64,000 nt of DNA from the human T2T-CHM13v2.0 reference genome, Homo sapiens: the NCBI RefSeq assembly GCF_009914755.1, contig NC_060937.1; one strand, 5' to 3'. This document shows, piece after piece, positions 32,301 through 50,290 of the stretch (position 1 is the first letter of the stretch; the number at the start of each line of letters is the position of its first letter). The notes below the pieces were generated by a model, which was given only the letters and a program-made list of their open reading frames with translations, had not been told where the DNA came from and made no database searches. Position numbers and translations under genes: made by a program.

Positions 32301-33163
32301 ATCTATACTTTTTAACTAATACATGCCACAGAACGTTTAAGAAAGTCTACGCTCCTTGAGGGTAGGAGCCGTGTTTCATTTGTTATTCCTGATGTGCTCT
32401 TGCATTGTCTTTTACATAGTAGGCACTCAGTAAATAGTTAAGAAATGTGTGAGAATAAAATGAATTATTTTTCAAGTATTTATGGTCTTTTAAACTGGGT
32501 CAACAAACTAGCTTTAAGTAAAGGTTTCTATATTAATGAATAGGATCTATAATTAACAGCAGTAATGTGCAAGTGGGTGCTTTTAAATACTTTTAAAATA
32601 AAATTTAATACCTTTCCTTTGAAATCTTAAGCAGTATTTTGAAAAAGACAAGAAGTGTGGTTTAGTGGAAAGAATATGAGAATGTGTTCCTATGAGGCTT
32701 TAAAAAGAGAGCAGGCAAATCATGCCTAGGGGGCTGCATCAGGAGTAAATTGGCCTTTTAAAAATGTATTTAAGAAGAGAAGGGGAGAAAGGAAGTGAAC
32801 AGAGATGTCAGGTTACTTAGGAACATCCAGTGGATGGGAAAATTCGTTGCTGATGAAGACTTTTCCATTCACTTTGAGTAGCATTTGGAAGCTATTTTAG
32901 GTTTGAAAAGAAGATATGATAGAAAATTATGGTTTGAGAAAGTAAATGTTATTGCTCTGTGTGAGTGACCTTGACTGAAGAATAGTGAGGAGATTGGTGG
33001 CCAAGTTGTAATGGGCAGTTGCTGTGGACCTGATTTCTACCCTTGAGCTGTCATATGGAGAAGGTTGATAGCACAAACCTTTAACTGAAAGTTAAATTCA
33101 GCCTGTCCACCTGGAGTAGGTACTGCTAAATAAGTGGGGAGCATTCACTTAGTAAAAGGTAGC

Positions 33164-33493
33164 TATATTAGTCCATTTTCACACTGCTATAAAGAAATGC
33201 CTGAGACTGGGTAGTTTATAAAGGAAACAGGTTTAATTGACTCACGGTTCCGCATACCTGAGGAGACCTCAGGAAACTTACATTCATGGTGGAAAGCAAA
33301 GGGGAAGCAGGCACCAAGGTGGCAGGAGGGAGAAGTGAGAGCACAGGAAAAAGCTGCCAGTGAGAACTCACTCATTATCACGAGAACAGCATAGGGGGAA
33401 CTGCCCCATGATCCAGTCACTTCCCTCCCTTGACACGTGGGGATTATAATTTGAGATGAGATTTGGCTGGGGACACAGAGCCAGACCATATCA
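33164..33493 (-). mobile_element. THE1/MST MaLR solo LTR with 5-bp TSD gtagc
   Basis: The - strand starts tgatatggtctggctctgtgtcccc; gtagc lies at 33159-33163 and 33494-33498. Confidence 0.9.
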
Positions 33494-33566
33494 GTAGCTC
33501 TTTTAGTTGCAACATTAATAAACGTGGATATGTGACTAAATTATTTGCAGGGATAGTAGTCTAGAT

Positions 33567-33866
<300 letters not shown>

Positions 33867-35053
33867 CCTAGATTTATTTTTTTAAAGGATTAATTGTCTT
33901 CCTTTATTGGACTTTCCTTATGCATTTAAGACATTTGATATATCAGATTTTCCCAAATCTTGCTATTGTTGTGACGACTAAAGAATTTTTCTTGATAGAA
34001 CTTTCAGCTTCAGCAAGAGCCAAACTTGAATATAAGCTTTTTGCTTTAAGAAAATTCAAATTTTAATTTTATTAAAGACTTTAATGAGAGGAAATTATTT
34101 TTAGAATTTAAACTTTATTATAAAATAATAACGGCTTTTAAAATATTTTCTTCCTGCCATATTTTGGTATAAGGTAGTCATGCTTCTCATCATTGCTTTT
34201 TCTGCATCTTCTTGAGATTTGTTGCATATGTTGCATTAAGGGACCCTGGATACATTGATTATATACGGTGTGCTTGTAATTAGTTCGTACAGAGTCTCCT
34301 AGATTTTGGAGACATCCAAAGATCACTAAAAAAAGATTTTTTAGTATAAATATGTAGGCATGGTTCTATACACTTTCTGCATTTTGATCAATTTATCTGT
34401 CTCCCCCAGTGAACTGTATGCTTCTTGAAAACAGTACTGTGTCTTAATCATCTTGATTCCACAATGCCTAGATGGGGCCTTTTGCATAGCAGACATTTTG
34501 CTAATGTTAGTGGAATGAAGTAATTCTCTCTGAAAAGATGAATCATAAATGCACTACTCATGAGCCAGGGAATTTCCTGAGTCTTTTCTTAAAACCCAGG
34601 TGAATTCTTGTGGAAATATGACTGTTTCTAACCACAGTCATACATTTCCAGGGTATAAAGCTGGTACCATTATGAGACATTTATATGTGTATTATACAAT
34701 AAGGTAAGGTCTGTCAAGTGACCACACCACAATGCTTGGTGGCCAGTAGGCACACAATAGATGCTAGCCTTTGTTTCCTTTTTCTGATTCTCCTAGGTTT
34801 TATGTCAGAGTCACTATAAGAATTACTAAGGATAGGGGAAATTGCCTTTCTGTTTGGACAAATATTCATAGCAGTTAAAGATTCTGTTTTGACATGCCCA
34901 GATTTAGAATTCTGCAGGAAAACAGAAGTCAGAGCAGCTGGCAGGCTGAACTGGTACACAATATAACCCAGACAGTAGACCTGCCCAGTGTCACAGTATT
35001 TTCTGGGCTGGCTGTTTTAGTCACAAGGTACTTGAGAATTTTATTCACATACA

Positions 35054-35056
<3 letters not shown>

Positions 35057-35094
<38 letters not shown>
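35057..35094 (+). repeat. (AC)n microsatellite about 380 nt upstream of the GTF2F2 exon
   Basis: Direct reading. Confidence 0.95.
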
Positions 35095-35096
<2 letters not shown>

Positions 35097-35474
35097 TCTT
35101 TGATTTAGTGGTTTAGACTAGCTGTGTTTTCAGAAGTTACTTCTTTGTCAAAGACGATAGCCTTTATACTCTTTAATTTGATTTTATGCCCTTTTAAGCT
35201 ACCTTATTTAGAAGGAGCAGAGTGTATAAAAGCTGTTCCTGGCAAAGGGCCACAGCAGCCTAATAAACAAATCTGACAGGAGCCCAGTTTGTTACTAAGC
35301 CAAGAATAAGGCTTCTCTCTGTTCTGACCAGTGAGATTCCTGAAACTTAACTATTTTTTCTTGATTTTTGATATTAATTATATTTGATTGTCATATTACT
35401 GTGTTTAGTGTGTCAAAATACAGTCTTGAAAATGATAAGTATTATCTCTGAATCCTTTTTTTTTTCCATTCAAG

Positions 35475-35556
35475 ATAAGCTGTCATTGGAAGGAATAGTG
35501 GTACAAAGAGCTGAATGCCGACCAGCTGCCAGTGAAAACTACATGCGATTAAAAAG
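35475..35556 (+). CDS. GTF2F2: Internal 82-nt coding exon of general transcription factor IIF subunit 2 (RAP30)
   Basis: Translates to (D)KLSLEGIVVQRAECRPAASENYMRLK(R), matching RAP30. Acceptor is a poly-T tract + ccattcaag| (AG at 35473-35474); donor is AAAAAG|gttggt. Phase 1 in, phase 2 out. Confidence 0.95.
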
Positions 35557-35870
35557 GTTGGTGTTTTGTAACTCCAGAATGATACCTGATATTTCCCTTT
35601 GGGGATTGAGATACGTGTGTTATATCGCCTATTGACTGCATTAAAACTGTGGTTATTGTTGAGTGTTTGCTTCAAAAGCTGTTTGGTTTTAAAAGCAAGT
35701 AAGAGTTTCTTTGGCACTAAAGAAATTTCAGTATCTGGGCTGTTTATTTGAGGTATTTTAAGCTACTTTGTTAATACATCCTGGAATCAAAGTTTTTAAA
35801 CTACATTTTCTAGTTGTCTTTATAAATTTTGATTCTTTAAAGACATGTATAAGATCTTTGTAATATTTTA

Positions 35871-36190
<320 letters not shown>

Positions 36191-37221
36191 TTGTACTGTA
36201 TAAAGCAAGTGTAGTTGCCAGAATATCGTCCTATTCTCTTGATCTATAGAGAAATTTTTATAAACATATATACTGTGTTAGAGAGTTTGTTTCAGGATCT
36301 TCCCCTGCCCCCTAAATTTTTATGTGGTTAACATTTTGTAATTAGTATTTAAAAATGCTGATTGTAAATTCTTGATACCCCAAATTTTATGACGTTCAAA
36401 GAGTCAGCAATTTTTTAAGCCCTGAGGAAATATATTATACCTGTTTCATAGTTTATTTTTAATGTGTTTTAGCCCCATGTGATTTAGAATTATACTTTTT
36501 TTGTTCATTCATTCAGTACTTACTGTCTGCCAGGTGCTTTCTTAGAAGTGAGAGAAATAGCTGTAAACAAAGCAGGCAAAAATCTCTGCGTTCGTGGACC
36601 TTCCATTGTCGCAGATTGTAGGTACACTGAATCGGTAGTGGAGAAGACACTGCTGAAGTAGTGGTAGTGGCCTGTTGGATATCAGCATTCTCATCTACAT
36701 AAGAGGCCAGTTGAGCTGGATCATCTCAAAATTTTGCATCATCTTTAAAAGTTTCCTTCTTTTGTCAATTAGATTAGACTGTCTCCTGAGAATGACATAG
36801 ACATGTTCTCTTGTCAAATAATTCCTCTAATTTAAATGTGTCCTTGGGGCAAATAAAAGAATGACAATCAAAATGAAAAATATTTATAACAGAAAATAGC
36901 TTTGGAAAACAGGCAGAAGATGTTTCTTTCATTGTTTTTAGCTTATAAAACTTATTGTATAGTAGTAAATTTTTGAAGTCTTTTTGAAAATTTATCTCTT
37001 CATATAACTACTGAAATTGAAAAAATGCAAAATCTGGTTACCAAGCTGCTTACCAAGATCTTTTTCTGTGGCCGTAATTTTCTTTAAAGGGTTCTAAAGA
37101 TTTCTGATGATGAGATCAGGCAGGTCACCTGCTGTGTTTATAAAATGGCTGCTTTTTTCCTACCAAAAAAGAAGTGAAAATTGTTTAGCCTTTCAAGTAT
37201 GCTGAAAGATCAGCTGTTACA

Positions 37222-37478
37222 TAGTCATGCACTATATAAGGACATTTGGTGGTCTCATAAGATTACAGTACTGTATTTTTTCTGTTGCTTTTCTGTGTTT
37301 AGATACACAAATACTTAAAATTGTGTTACAGTTGCCTACAGTATTCATTACAGTAATGTGTAGCAGAGTATACCATCTAGGTTTGTATAAGTACACTCTA
37401 TAATGTTTGCACAACAGTGAAATTGCCTAACAATGTATTTCTCATGAGGTATCCCCATTGTTAAGCCATGCATGACTG
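37222..37478 (+). mobile_element. Tigger3a/MER7-type MITE
   Basis: TIRs agtcatgca...tgcatgactg|ta; internal tttagatacacaaatac and ccatctaggtttgtataagtacactcta. Confidence 0.8.
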
Positions 37479-37739
37479 TATTTTAATCTTTACTTAAGTG
37501 ACTTAGAAAAAGAAACAAGTGGTTCAGGAGGATCATGTGAGTTTCATGAAGTAGATGATGACATAAGTCTTGAAGACAGCTTTTTTTGACCAAGTGGAGA
37601 AAGAGATGGGGTAAGAACATTCAAAATAGACATGCACAAAGACATGGGGAAGACTTTAGGGACCTGTGTGTGGTTCTGTAAGCCTGGAATGGAGGAATTG
37701 TTTGAGAGGATGGCAGAAGCTCCAGCCCAGACCTCTTTC

Positions 37740-38770
37740 TTCAACATCAAACATACATACAAAAGCCGGGTTGAATGTCTGATAGACATTTCAAATATGT
37801 AAAAAACTGAACTCCAGATCTTTCCCGCAAAACCCGCTCTACTAGCACTTTTCTTGTCTCAGTTAATACCAACTCTGTCCTCTCATTTTTTCAGTCCAAA
37901 ACCATTGGTTTTTAGTTAAACCTTGGTTTAGTCTTAGTTCTTGACTCCTCTCACACCCCACATCCAATGTGTCAGAAGAATCTTGTTGACTGTTCCTTCA
38001 AAATGTTACACATCCATAGTCTGATCACCCCCATGAACTGCCATTATTTCTTACCTGGATTACTGCAGTAGCCTCCTACCAGAGTTCCTGCTTCCACCCT
38101 TGCCCCACTGTAGTCTCTTCTCAGCACAGTAGCCAGGGAAGTTCTTTTAAAATCTAAGTCAGATCATGCCATTCGTCTTTTCAAGTGTCACTTGCAGTGC
38201 TTCCTATATTACTCAGAATAAAATCTAAGTCCTTAATAATGATCTACAGGGTCCTATGTGATCATCCTACGACTGTCTACACCTTCTTGCCATCCTCATC
38301 TTTTTCTTCCCTCCCCTCCACTCATTCTGCTCCAACCACACCTGTCTCCTAACAATCCATGAGCCCTCCAGGCACACATCCACACTGCAGCCTTTGCACA
38401 GACATTCTTTTCTGCCTGGAACAGCCTTTCTCCAGATAAATGCATGGCTTGCCGCCTCACCCCTTTCATGTCTCTTCTCAAAATACCACTTTTTCATGAG
38501 GCCTACCTTGACTACCCTACCTCTTTCTGTACTTGTATCTTCTTCATAGCACACGTCACCTCCTACTAAACTATGTAGTTTACTTATATTTATTGCCACG
38601 TTTTCCCTCCTGCAATATAAGTTCCCATGAAAACAAAGTTTGTTTTTTTCTTTTTTGACTTTATTTTTTGTGCATGTCGATTTGGCTCACTCATTTACAT
38701 ACACACATTTGTCTACAATAGTTCATTCCACATAGTAGCTAGTCAGTAAATATTTGGTGAGTGAATGAAT
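37740..38770 (+). mobile_element. L2 3' portion
   Basis: cttacctggattactgcagtagcctcct and ttttaaaatctaagtcagatcatg; ends taaatatttggtgagtgaatgaat. Confidence 0.8.
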
Positions 38771-39440
38771 GGCACAAGATGAGGTTTAAAATGTTAAAGA
38801 GTCTTAGATACTATGGTAAGAAATTTGGACAGTGTGCTATAACTATTAAGGAGATATGGAAAAATTTTAAGCTGGGTGGAATCTAAAGGGATTTGTATTT
38901 TAGATAGATCATTCTGGCCATAGTATAAAGATTAGAAGCTGGGAGATAAGCTTGAAGCAGATATAATAATCCAGGTTCAAAATGTCTGAATGACTAAACA
39001 AGGTGGTTCTAGTCAGAAGGGAGATGAGAGTCTCTTTTGAGGATAGCTGGAGGTAGAGCCAATAGGACTTAATGAACTTACTTCAGACTTCTTTGGTTGT
39101 GGAATGGGAGATTCTTCTGGTTGGTGGTGGCTCTTGTGGCCCAGCTGTGAATATCCCAGATTGGCTCCCTGCTGTCCTGTGCATTGCAAGGAAAGTTTAC
39201 ACTGATGAGAGGAGAGGGACAGGGAAGTTTTTGTAGTCCCCGTGTCCATTATAATTTAATCCCATTTGGCAGTTTACATAAGAGACTCGAAGCAGAAAAT
39301 ACATAAAATTGTAAGAACGGTACCAAGGTATAAATTATCAAAATAGCAAACTAATTTAAGTCATGAATTATTTTATTTACAATTACCCAACATTATCACT
39401 AAGGTGAGGCTCAAAATTTTTTTTGTTTTTTTTTTTTTAA

Positions 39441-39936
<496 letters not shown>

Positions 39937-40288
39937 AGGCTCAAAATTTTAAAGAATCATAAGATACTATTCTTATTCCAGATAGTTTAGTCTTTAAACC
40001 TGAAGAAACACACACACACACGCACACACACACCACACCCCCACATATGCGCACGCACACACACAGTTACCCTACTACCTAAAGGATCTGTTTACAGACA
40101 GTGTCGTGGAGGAAAGGCATAGCAACGTGGTAGTGCTATTGAATGTAATATGGAAAGGCAGTTTTCAGATGTAGGTAACATTAAAGTAGAAGTGTTTGAG
40201 AACAGAATTGGTAAGTCTGAGATATTCTATACCTAGATTTTTCATAAACATGCTCACAATTTTTCAGGGCCTCCTTTTGACTGCATAG

Positions 40289-41438
<1,150 letters not shown>

Positions 41439-43133
41439 CTTCTACCTAGGATTTCTTATCTACCTCCTACGGAGATCTTTCTGAGCCTTTAAAACCAACC
41501 CAGCATCACTTACTCAGGAAAACCTCCTTATAGTTTCTATTCCCCACCCCATTTAGGATCTTGTGTTCCTCTTTTCTGCATTCCCACATATTTAAATGTT
41601 TATTCTTCTTTAATGTTTTGGGAATTCATAGTTGTATCCTCTACAACATTATAAACTTCATGAGAGCAGAGACTATGAGTTTTATTTTTCTTTCTTCTTT
41701 CCCTCTTAGTCTCCCTGTCTCCTTTCCTTCCTTTCTTTTTTTTTTGTGTAAATATCCAAAAGTATTTATTGGATTGAAATAGAAATGGCAAAGGTAGGTA
41801 CAGAAATATGAGAATCATCAGCATTCAGCTTCTTTATTAATAATTTTTTTATTTGCACTTACTTGAAACCTGGACTTTATTTTTCAGTTTTGTATATATG
41901 CATATTTCTGTGCACACATGTGCACGTGTCTCTTGCTTTGAGAAGGAGAAAGTGATTTCAAAATAAATATAAAAACATTTCATCAACAAATCTGTTTTTC
42001 AAAATATAAAGAAATGAATCTTCTATTTATGGAGGACTAGAAGAGAAAGGCTTTTCATCAAAAAAGACCTATTCTTAAGTCAATGAGTCGCTTTTCTTTA
42101 ATCAGTGAGTTTTTACTGTATTATATTTTAGTAACTAGCAGCTAAACTACATTCTTGGAAACATAAATGACTATCACAAAGTGTATTTCACATTTATAAA
42201 TAATGATCTTTAAGAATGATTAGTCTTCTTTTAGTGGGAATTTAATTTTAGTAATTCTTACAGCTCTCTGCTGTTAAATTTTGGCTGATAAATTAGCCAG
42301 ATGTTATGAGAATTATAACCATATTCATCAAATGTAAGTTAGTAAGATTCTGTCATTCATTTAGATAAAGGTGGAAATTAAATACATACTTTCATACTAG
42401 TAAATACATACACTAACCCCAAGAAATGACCTTCAGTCGATGAAATTCAGGCCAAGAAGGAAATGATTTCTTTCATCAGATCCCCTCACATAATAAAAAA
42501 TCCTGCAAGACTCCAGTTAGCCACCAGGAAAATCTAAAACTAACTAAATAAAAACCTAATGATTTTGTTTGCTAGTCTTAAAATTGTTAACAGCCTAACT
42601 TTTCATATTGAGAAGAAAAAAGTGTTCTACTACTTCTCTTACTTTTTCTTTATCTGACATTAGTTTGGATTAATCTGAATATTAGGAGAAAAATTACTTT
42701 GAATTGGTAAATATAAATATACTTAATATCACATCATGTCTTATGTATTAAACTGATTTAATTTGGATTATTTTAAGTGTAACTTTTATTTCAGCCTCTT
42801 GAGCTTTTCCCTAGTCTTTGAATGGTGGCTTATGTGCCCACTCTATAATTCATATTGTACTTTGTTAAGTATAAAGGAACATAAATATAAGGCAATCATC
42901 CTAACATATTTTCTTACAGGAAAATCATAGAAATATGAAATTATATGGCTTTTTGACTTCTGTATGTTTATGTCACTAACTCATCTGAAAATACTTGTCT
43001 TAAAAGTTTTTATTTTTATTCCAGTGTTTGTGGATTTTTTCCAAAAACCTAAGAAAACCCTTTTCCTATAGAAACACAGGTTCCCATATGATTATAAAAC
43101 ATTCAAATACTAGCTCAAATATTGAATGGGATA

Positions 43134-43390
43134 CAGGTTGAATATCCTTAGTCCAAAAATCTGAAATCATTTCAAAATCCAAAACTACTTGAGCACTGGC
43201 ATGATGTTCAGAGGAAATGCTTTGAGAAGTGCTCATTTCAGACTTCAAATGTTAAGGATGCTAAGTTTAATGCAAATATCCCCAAATCAGAAACATTGCT
43301 GTTCCAAGAAGTATAAGCTGAATTATAAATAGGATGATCATATAATTTATCATTGAAAACAGGATACTTTTGAGAATGAAAGCAGGCACT
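43134..43390 (+). mobile_element. Tigger4a/MER46-like MITE followed by a MER94-like fragment
   Basis: ta|caggttgaatatcc...aaaatctgaaatc...aatgcaaatatccccaaatc; catataatttatcattgaaaacaggatacttttgaga. Confidence 0.65.
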
Positions 43391-43539
43391 GGATGTCTCC
43401 ATTAAAAATGCACTAATTTATAATGTAAAACATTTTATAAATGGTTGTAATAAAAGTATAAAAATACCTTTGGAATAAAACTATAACAGAAAACTAGGCA
43501 AGGTGTTTTACCCAGAATTTTTTAAAAGACTAAAACTGA

Positions 43540-45378
<1,839 letters not shown>

Positions 45379-48300
45379 ATTCAGCTCAAATGGGAAATCT
45401 CCCTGACCGTTTCTCTTCACACAGAATAAGTACCATGTCCACCAAACTCCAGCTACACTTTTTAAAATAAACCATTACTCACATTTTGCTTTTTATTTTA
45501 CCTTTATTACTTTTGTTTCTGTCTGTGCTAGATTGTGAGCCCCTTGAGGTCAGGGACTGTATCTTGTTCATCTTCATTCTAACAGCTTTATGTTCAGTTA
45601 ACACTAGTAGAGCAACCAAAGATGAGCATTTTAAAGTTAAGGATTTATAGTTACACCTTGGTTAATGAATCTCCAGAATTGATACTCTTTTTTAGTTAGC
45701 TTTGTTTAAAATTCAAATTATAAGTCCTGAGAAGCAGTATTGGCATGTGATGGTGTTTCTACAAAGCCTTACAGCTTTGCAGGATAAAAATACCTCAGCA
45801 CACAGTTTCTCTTTGTTCACTCACAGTTGAAAATCAACAGGGTTAACCTTAGGCAAAACTATGAAGTATGGAAAGTTTGTCTTTATTATCCAGGCATCTC
45901 CTGTTTTTACTTTTTCCCCTTAGCAATGTCTGTCTTTAGGTGTCTACTTTTTATCTTGTTCTGATCTTTTCTAGCCTGTCAATTCTGGATATATTTTAAG
46001 AATGAATGGGCATAAGTCAAACTGGGTATTTGGTTTTAAACCTTTTATTACTAAGTGTGAAATAAAAGCCATTAGATTACCTGTTCAAGTAATTTGAGTA
46101 GGCAGATTTTTTTCTCCCCATGGGAAAGAAAGAGAACTCACTGAAATTAAACCATTTATAGATTGGCCCCAAACACAAAATTAAGGAATCGTTTTAGTTT
46201 GCTGGAGGATTTGTCACCAGGACAACCATCTCTGCTTCGTGGGCCAAATGGGCAGATCTGACCTAGCTGCATTTGTTAGAGATCTGTTCTGAGGATTTAA
46301 AATGGGTGCTGAAGGTGACCCACAGAAGTGACCAAATTCCCTTAGGCAGGAGCAGGACAGTCACTGACTAGCCCATATGGCATCTTTGTACGTATTAGAA
46401 AAAGGTGCTCCTTCCTCAAGTGTTTTTATTTTTATCTGTCAGAAAATTGTGGTAATTTACAGATTTTGTTAAACAAGAAATTACTGCCATCTGTCAGAAA
46501 ATTGACACGATAATTGCCATCTCTCATGTGAATGTGCCCCTTTAACACAACGTCATTGTGCACTATAAAACAGGCTGATCTAGGAAGGGGCTGCACCCTC
46601 CAGTTTGCTGCAGGCCAATGTGTCCTATTTTCTTACCAGTTTACTTAAAATTTAAGTAATTTCAAATAAACTTGCCTGTCCTTGCAGGCACTGGAATTTT
46701 CAATTCTTGGTCTTTGATTTTTCTGAAACATTTGAAAATGCAGAAAAGATACCACATGTTCTTTGTTCAAGAAAAAGGGTCTCATTTAGGGAATTGAATT
46801 GATGGGGTGCCGAATGGTCTGGGATTGTTAAATGCTGTTAATCAAGTCTTTAGCTTACTATTAGGAAGAACTAATTTAGACTTTGGGATGATCAGGATTT
46901 AAATATTCCTAGTAGTTTGTCACTGACAGTACAGGAACACCTGACTCCTAAGTGTGTTACATTCTATCTGTCTTGCTTGAGACTGTAATGCAGTTGCCAT
47001 GGGATGTATTGTAAAGAAAACTTGAATTATTTAAGGAATCTTTGAGTTTCTAAGTAGAGAAAGAGAAGATGTTGGGGGTTTTTTTGTTTTGTTTTGTTTT
47101 TTTTAAAAAAAAGGCTGCTCAAAGGAAATGACTTTCAGCTAGAATGGTTCAGCCTGCATAGTGGGTCCCTCACTTTTATATGGCTTCATATTTTATGAAT
47201 TAGAAGTTCTTTTTAGTGACTATCCTTAAAAAAAAAAATCTCATTTCCTTTCTCACAAAAAAGAAAATTGAATCACAGAAAAGTTGCGATTTGCCCAAGG
47301 TCATGATTTGTAAATGGCAAAGCTGGAATTTGAACCCACATCTGATTGATTCCAAAGGAATCAGCTGACAAGCTACCTCTTTCAGCTTTCAGTTTCAAAA
47401 GGTTGCCTGGCTTATTCGTAGGAAAAGAGAAAGGAGCAGCTGGTACTGTCTCTCTCCTCCCTCTTATTGAATGACCTTCAAAGTCCCACAACTTAAACCA
47501 ACATTGTTAGTACCATGGTTCCGTTACATTATAAAATAAATACAAGATTCATATAAGATGTAAAATGGTCTCATTCTTTTAGTTTGGAATTTTTATCTAA
47601 TTTCTGATTTTTTAATTTAAAAGCGAACTTTGATAGCATGATTGAATTGAATTTCAAAGCTCCATATTTCTGCAGGAGAGGTAGGACATTAAATGATTTT
47701 ACGAGTCTGTGAAGTTTACTTTTCTGAAGTTTATGTGAAATCTCTAATGCTGTGTGTGGGTAGTTTTAATGAACTAGTAGTTGTGCTGTTTTGAAGATCT
47801 GCTAATCTATAATGTACCCCAGATATTTCTATTGTCATATATTGTACACTTTTGTTTTTATGACTTGAAAGCCTCAAAATGTCTAAAACCTTTTTCTTTT
47901 AATGTGTTATATATTTGAGGAAATCCCAAAGGAAGGAATTAATAATGTTCAGGCAGAAACTTTTCAAACTGAAAAATAGTACATGTCAGAAAAACGGGAA
48001 AGGATGACATATATGGGCGTGGTGAGGTTACATAAAACAAAATATGCCAATGAGCAGTATTCCCAGTAGAACGCGGCTCCATTAGGGCAAAGACCTTTTT
48101 TGTCTGATTCATTTATGGGTGTGTTTCTCATGAATAGAAGAGTACCTGACACCTAGTAGGTGCGTGATAAATACTTGTTAAGTAAAGAAAGGAATGAAAA
48201 GCATGTGATTTGGCTTTATGCATTTGTGTCCTACAAGCTGCCCAGGGTTTGATCACAATGACTCATTCTTTTTTAAGCTATTGCATGCCAAGTTGATTTA

Positions 48301-48994
48301 TCTGCTTTTGTTACTTCCCTATATTTCATAGCTTCAGAGTGCCATTTATTACTCATTTGTTTAACAGATGTTTACTGAGCATCTAGTGTATACTAAGCAG
48401 TGTAACATTAAAAAGCAACCAGATCTTATGTTTCTTGGAAAATTGATCATACTAATTTAATGTAACTAATAATTTAGGGTATTATTTTATGCTGTGTGAG
48501 AAATTGGCACAGGCAGTAAATACTAGATTTCAGAAGTCAAACTTCATCATATAAGTATTTTCCATACTTATACTACCATATAAGTATCAGTAGACTTTGA
48601 CTAGATAAAGAGTGGAGGGAGGGCTCCCAGGCAGGAATGGCACAGCCCAACCAAGGAAGGGATAAAACAATAGCAGTGTTCTGGGAAACTTAGTAGAGGT
48701 CACCCTGGTAAAGCCGAGATGGACAGAAAAAGGAATACATAGAATTGCCTGGTCGGTTGGGCTGATGGTAGTTTATTTTGTGCCAGACTGAACGGGCTAG
48801 ACTTGATCTAGTAAGAGTCACTGATCGAGTGTATTTTACTCTGAGGGGGGTTCCTAGGTCTCCTTCAGGGCTCTGTCTTTGGTACAATTCTTCTCCTTTG
48901 GTTACTGACCTTAGTCATCTTTGTAGGCTCCTACTTACCGTCTGAACTTTTTGCCTCCGACCTTATCTTGGTAAGTGATCCCATCTGCTTAAAA

Positions 48995-49030
<36 letters not shown>

Positions 49031-49056
49031 TGTGTGTGTATATATATAGAGAGAGA
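48995..49056 (+). repeat. Compound (TG)n(TA)n(GA)n microsatellite
   Basis: Direct reading. Confidence 0.93.
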
Positions 49057-49064
49057 AACCCCAG

Positions 49065-50290
49065 AATTTGTATCTCTGGCCTAGACCCCTCTAGACCTCT
49101 CTCCTGAGCTTTACACTCATGTACACCATTCCCCTTCAGAGCTCTACTTGGATGTCTCCTTCGTGTTTTAACTTCACATGCGTAAAATTGAATTCTTGGT
49201 TGTTAGCCCACCTCTAATGCAGTGTCCTCCCTGCCCCCAGTCTTACCCATTTTTTACGCAGTTTCTCAGGTAAAAAACCTGGGAGTTATCCATGATTCTT
49301 CTTTTCTTGACAAGACACATCTAGTCAATGACCAAGTCCTGTTAGTTGTACCAACACAATACACCCTGAATCCTACTACACTATTCTAAGCTGCCATTTT
49401 TGCTCCAGAATATAAGTTCAGGACTGACTATATAATCTGCAGGACCTAGTGCAAAATGAAAATATGGGGCCTTTTGTTCATACATTATTAAAAATTTCAA
49501 AAAGACCACTGAGGGACTTATCCATGTAACCAAAAACCATCTGTACCCCCCAAAACTATAGAAATTTTAATAAAAATGAAATCAGTGACAGTGGAGCATT
49601 AAATCAAGCTCAGGGCCCTTCCAAGTGGGGTCCCAGTATGACTGCACAGGCTCCCTCTTCATGAAGCTGGCCCTGCCTCCACTACTGCAGTAACCTCCTA
49701 AGTAGTAGCTCCTTCCTTCCCCCTATGGACCATCCCTCACAGGTCAGACTCATTAGTGTAGATCTAGTCATACCACTTCCCTGCTTATTGCAGTTAAAAT
49801 AAAATGTACAAATCCTGCATCATCTGGCCTTCAGAACTTTGATCTGATCCTGAAGCTTTTTTAACCTCTTCTTCCACTACACATCTCATTCATTAGACAG
49901 CAGCCATAGTTGCCACCTTTTATCTGTCAAAAAGAACAAGTATAGTCCCATCTCAGGGCCCTTCTTTCTGTCTAAACACATATCTTTCATCAGATCTTCA
50001 GTTGGTAGCCCCCTTCCAACCATGCAGTTCTCTCAGTTTATATGGAACCTCCTCAGATGGGCCTTTCTCGACCACTGCTGGGTGAAATAGTATAGACTTC
50101 TCCCCACCGCCGCCACTACCACCACCTAATTATGTGCTATGACATTACTCAGGTTTATTGTATTCTTAACACTTACCATTGTGTGACTACCTTAATTAAT
50201 TAATTATGACATACTGACTATATCTCCACCACCTAGCATAGTGTCTCATACATAATAGTGCTCAGTAAGTATTCATTGCACGAATGAATG
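49065..50290 (+). mobile_element. L2 3' portion with a nested MER53-like MITE (about 49419-49675) and a tiny L1 3' end (about 49503-49578)
   Basis: L2 motifs ctctctcctgagct, tacttggatgtct and ending gtgctcagtaagtattcattgcacgaatgaatg; MITE TIRs caggactgac...gctggccctg. Confidence 0.7.

Noticed and set aside
35384-35635. 83-aa ORF as a standalone gene
   Set aside because: Only 35475-35556 matches RAP30; the rest is open intronic frame.
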